Of a stretch of DNA of 64,000 nucleotides, positions 61,031 through 64,000 are shown one piece after another. The notes under the pieces were generated by a model, which was given only the letters and a program-made list of their open reading frames with translations, was not told the DNA's origin and ran no database searches. The stretch is from Kofleriaceae bacterium (GTDB lineage: Bacteria; Myxococcota_A; Polyangia; Haliangiales; Haliangiaceae): NCBI GenBank assembly GCA_965215005.1, contig CBDCCZ010000054.1, positions 32,001 through 96,000 on the forward strand, read 5' to 3'. Every line of letters starts with the position of its first letter. Position 1 is the first letter of the stretch. A program made the position numbers and the translations under genes.

Positions 61031-62454
61031 TGGCAAGCGAGCAGCGAGTCGACTGTGTCGTCATCGGCAGTGGCCCCGGCGGATATCCAACCGGCATCCG
61101 CCTCGGTCAGCTGGGCGTCAAGACCGTGGTGGTCGAGAAGGAATATGCCGGCGGCGTATGTCTCAACGTCGGTTGCATTCCCTCCAAGGCTCTCATTCAC
61201 GCAGCCAAGACCTTCGAGAAGCTCGGGCACTCGGCCGACATGGGAATCCAGGTCAAAGAGGCGCCCGGCGTGGACATGGCCAAGATGCAGGAGTGGAAAT
61301 CCGGCATCGTCAATAAGCTCACCGGCGGCGTCAAGCAGCTGCTCAAAGCGGCGGGCACTGAGCTCGTCATGGGCACCGCCCGTATCGAGAAGGGCGGCGC
61401 CGATGGCCATAAAGTCATCGTCAAAGGCGAGAAGGGCGAAACCACGATTCTAGCCAAGAACGTGGTCATCGCGACCGGCACTCGTCCCATCGAGATTCCC
61501 GGCTTCGAGATCGACCAGAAGCGCGTGCTCGACTCGAGCGGCGGGTTGGCGCTCAGCGAAGTGCCCAAGCGAGTTGTGGTAATCGGCGGCGGCTACATTG
61601 GTCTCGAGCTCGGCACCGTCTACGCCAAGCTTGGCAGCAAGGTCACCGTGGTGGAGGCGTTGCCTTCCGTGCTGTCGGGAATGGAGCCCGAGTGCGTGAA
61701 GGTCGTGGCGCAGAAGCTGCGCAAGATGGGCGTCGAGGTGATGACGGAGGCCAAGGCCAAGTCGTGGCAAGACAAAGGCGATCGCGCGGTGGTCACCGTC
61801 ACCGCCAAAGATGGCAGCGAGGTCACTATCGACACCGACAAGATCTTGTTGTCGGTTGGCCGCCGGCCAAACTCGGAGAACCTTGGCCTCGACGGTCTGG
61901 GAGTCAAGGTCGAGCGTGGCTTCATCAAGGTCGATGAGTTCATGCGAACCAACGTGGCAGGCATCTACGCCATCGGCGACGTGGTCGGCGGCATGATGCT
62001 GGCGCACAAGGCGACCAAGGAAGGCATCACCGTCGCTGAGATCATCGCCGGCCACAGCGCCGCGATGGATGTACGCACCATTCCGGCCGTGGTGTTCACC
62101 GATCCGGAAATCGCTTCCACCGGCATGACCGAGGATCAGGCCAAAGAAGCCGGCTTCAAGAACCTCAAGGTCGGCAAGTTCCCCTTCGCCGCACTGGGAC
62201 GCGCCATGAGTGTCAATGACACCACCGGCTTTGCCAAAATCATCGCGGATGCCGACTCCGGGGAGATTCTCGGCCTGCACATCGTCGGCACCGGCGCCTC
62301 CGATCTCATCAGCGAAGGCGCACTCGCCATCGAGATGGGCGCGGTCCTGCACGACGTAGCCCTGACCATTCATCCGCATCCCACTCTCTCCGAAGCGGTC
62401 ATGGAAGCCGCCCACGTCGCCCTCGGCGAAGCCGTTCACGTTACCCAACGCTGA
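61030..62454 (+). CDS. lpdA: Dihydrolipoyl dehydrogenase
   Basis: GSGPGG, GGVCLNVGCIPSK, HPHPTLSE. Confidence 0.97.
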   Translation: MASEQRVDCVVIGSGPGGYPTGIRLGQLGVKTVVVEKEYAGGVCLNVGCIPSKALIHAAKTFEKLGHSADMGIQVKEAPGVDMAKMQEWKSGIVNKLTGGVKQLLKAAGTELVMGTARIEKGGADGHKVIVKGEKGETTILAKNVVIATGTRPIEIPGFEIDQKRVLDSSGGLALSEVPKRVVVIGGGYIGLELGTVYAKLGSKVTVVEALPSVLSGMEPECVKVVAQKLRKMGVEVMTEAKAKSWQDKGDRAVVTVTAKDGSEVTIDTDKILLSVGRRPNSENLGLDGLGVKVERGFIKVDEFMRTNVAGIYAIGDVVGGMMLAHKATKEGITVAEIIAGHSAAMDVRTIPAVVFTDPEIASTGMTEDQAKEAGFKNLKVGKFPFAALGRAMSVNDTTGFAKIIADADSGEILGLHIVGTGASDLISEGALAIEMGAVLHDVALTIHPHPTLSEAVMEAAHVALGEAVHVTQR

Positions 62455-62627
62455 GCTCGCTCTGGCGGGCAAGCTGGCTCGGGAGGTCGGCCCAAGGCTA
62501 CGAGTATGGCTTTGCTCGCTGCAACTGTCTTGTCCGCCAGCGCTGCGCCTAGCCACGACCGCTGCGTTGGCGGTTCCACCGCAGGCGGGCAGTCGTGGCC
62601 GCCCGGGTTGAGTATGATGAGTGCCCC

Positions 62628-64000
62628 GTGAGCGCGAGCATTCCACCGGCAGTCGTCCGCCGTGGGGCGCAGCACTTTGACGCCGAAACCCTCGCGAGCG
62701 GCTTGGCGCTTGCGATCGAAGGGCGGGTGAGCCTGGTGCGGGCGGAGTGGCCGGTGGTCGCGCAAGTCGGCGGCTACAAAGGCCACGTGGTGACAGTGCA
62801 CTACGTGGCGGCCACCGAAACGATGCGCGGCGACTGTAGCTGCTCGGAGCGGGTCGATTGTGCGCACGCGGCGGCCGCGTTCGTCGTCGCGGGAGCCGGG
62901 GAGGCGAGCGAGGACCGGCTGGCGGCCCAGAAGCAGGAGGCGGTGGGCGAGTGGCTAACTCGATTGTCCGTTGAGACGACCAAGGAAGAGTCACGTGAGA
63001 CTCGGCAGGTTGTCGTTTACGTATTCGTGCTGGTGGAGGGCGCGCTGGCGTTGACGGTTCAGCGTACGACGCGACTCATGCGCGGCGGCTTTGGTCGAAG
63101 CTCGGTGCTGGGAGCGCTCGGTGACCCTTCGCGGGGCGCGCCGAGCTGGGTTCCGGTAGAAGACTTGCGCCGCATCGCGCTGCTCCGCGCAGTCACTGGC
63201 GTGGGTCCGCTCGATACCAACATGCGGCTCGAGCGGATGGATGGCGACCTGCTGCACGACGTGGTGCACAGCAAGCGGTTGTTCTATGAGAGCGTGGGGA
63301 CCCGGCCGCTGCAGTGGGGCCTCCCGCGACGAAGCGAGCTGCGTTGGGAAGTCGATGCGAAAACAGAAGAGTATCGCGTGGGGCTCGGAGATAGCCTGAT
63401 CCTGTTGCCAACGCGCCAATGCCACTACCTCGACCTGATCGAGGGCCTCGTCGGCCCCCTCGACGTCGGTGTGGCGCCCGCCGTCGTACAGCATCTGTTG
63501 ACGGCACCGCCGGTGCCCAAGGCGATGCTCGCGGTGGTCACCGCCAACCTGCAGCGAGTGCTCGGCGAGCAATCACCGCTCATCACCACGGCACAAGCAG
63601 GTGCAAGCAAGCGCGCCTCGCTCCCCCAGATGCAGCCAGAGCTGCGCGTGATGCTCGACGATGCTACCGGCAATCTGGAGGTCGTGGCGGATGCGCTCTA
63701 CGATGACGACCGGTTTTCGCTGGCGGCTTGGGATGCGCAGCGGCCGCTGGTGCGCGACCTGGCGGCTGAAGGGCAACGGCGTCGGCGCCTCGATAGCTTG
63801 CTCGCAGCCGCCGTGCGCGGCAGCTCTGGCCACCGCGCGCAAGACGTCTTGGCACAGGCGCGTCATCTCGCGCACACCGTCGTGCCGGTGCTTGCGGAGG
63901 AGGGCTGGCGCTGCGTGATCGATGAGGACGTGCCGGTCGAGGCGCCGACGCTGCCCGAGGCGTGGGTCGAGCGTCTGGAGCCGCTGCGCGAGGACCGCGA
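62628..64000 (+). CDS. SWIM zinc-finger protein, probably an SNF2 helicase N-terminus; runs off window end
   Basis: Manual translation from GTG62628 gives ...GDCSCSERVDCAHAAA (CxC-x5-CxH SWIM). The frame appears to stay open to 64000; helicase motifs are not inside the window. Confidence 0.7.
   Translation, partial: MSASIPPAVVRRGAQHFDAETLASGLALAIEGRVSLVRAEWPVVAQVGGYKGHVVTVHYVAATETMRGDCSCSERVDCAHAAAAFVVAGAGEASEDRLAAQKQEAVGEWLTRLSVETTKEESRETRQVVVYVFVLVEGALALTVQRTTRLMRGGFGRSSVLGALGDPSRGAPSWVPVEDLRRIALLRAVTGVGPLDTNMRLERMDGDLLHDVVHSKRLFYESVGTRPLQWGLPRRSELRWEVDAKTEEYRVGLGDSLILLPTRQCHYLDLIEGLVGPLDVGVAPAVVQHLLTAPPVPKAMLAVVTANLQRVLGEQSPLITTAQAGASKRASLPQMQPELRVMLDDATGNLEVVADALYDDDRFSLAAWDAQRPLVRDLAAEGQRRRRLDSLLAAAVRGSSGHRAQDVLAQARHLAHTVVPVLAEEGWRCVIDEDVPVEAPTLPEAWVERLEPLREDR

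Overview
High-GC, gene-dense core-genome segment of a myxobacterium (Myxococcota), inferred from mglBA, Ser/Thr kinase-TPR modules, Cys-rich lipoproteins and sigma54 enhancer-binding proteins. Housekeeping content, in order: pepA (partial), transaldolase, trmB, uvrB, thiE, a pal-like gene with cpoB, selB, an ECF sigma/anti-sigma unit, serS with four tRNA-Ser, tRNA-Arg(ACG), tadA and SRP RNA, dnaX-ybaB-recR-mglB-mglA, a frameshifted lytic transglycosylase, gcdH-thiD, an S8 protease, a PTPS-family enzyme, RNase E/G, a 2-oxoacid dehydrogenase operon and a SWIM-finger protein (partial). I found no CRISPR array, integrase, transposase or recognisable defence system. The best unannotated signal is a putative ~160-nt sigma54-dependent small RNA on the minus strand (about 52430-52589), divergent from the RNase E/G gene. 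It has a near-consensus -24/-12 promoter, a 5' stem starting at the predicted +1, a pyrimidine-rich central region and an intrinsic terminator. Other leads: an RRE/PqqD-like plus membrane-fusion-like protein directly after mglA; a five-gene envelope module headed by an apparently dead metzincin lipoprotein; a giant zinc-ribbon/TPR protein with expanded [DN]LP[AT]PK repeats; two different E1-alpha genes sharing one E1-beta; a PTPS-III-type enzyme; a probable CTG start; and an uncalled 47-aa basic protein. All family assignments come from motif recognition by eye, not database searches.
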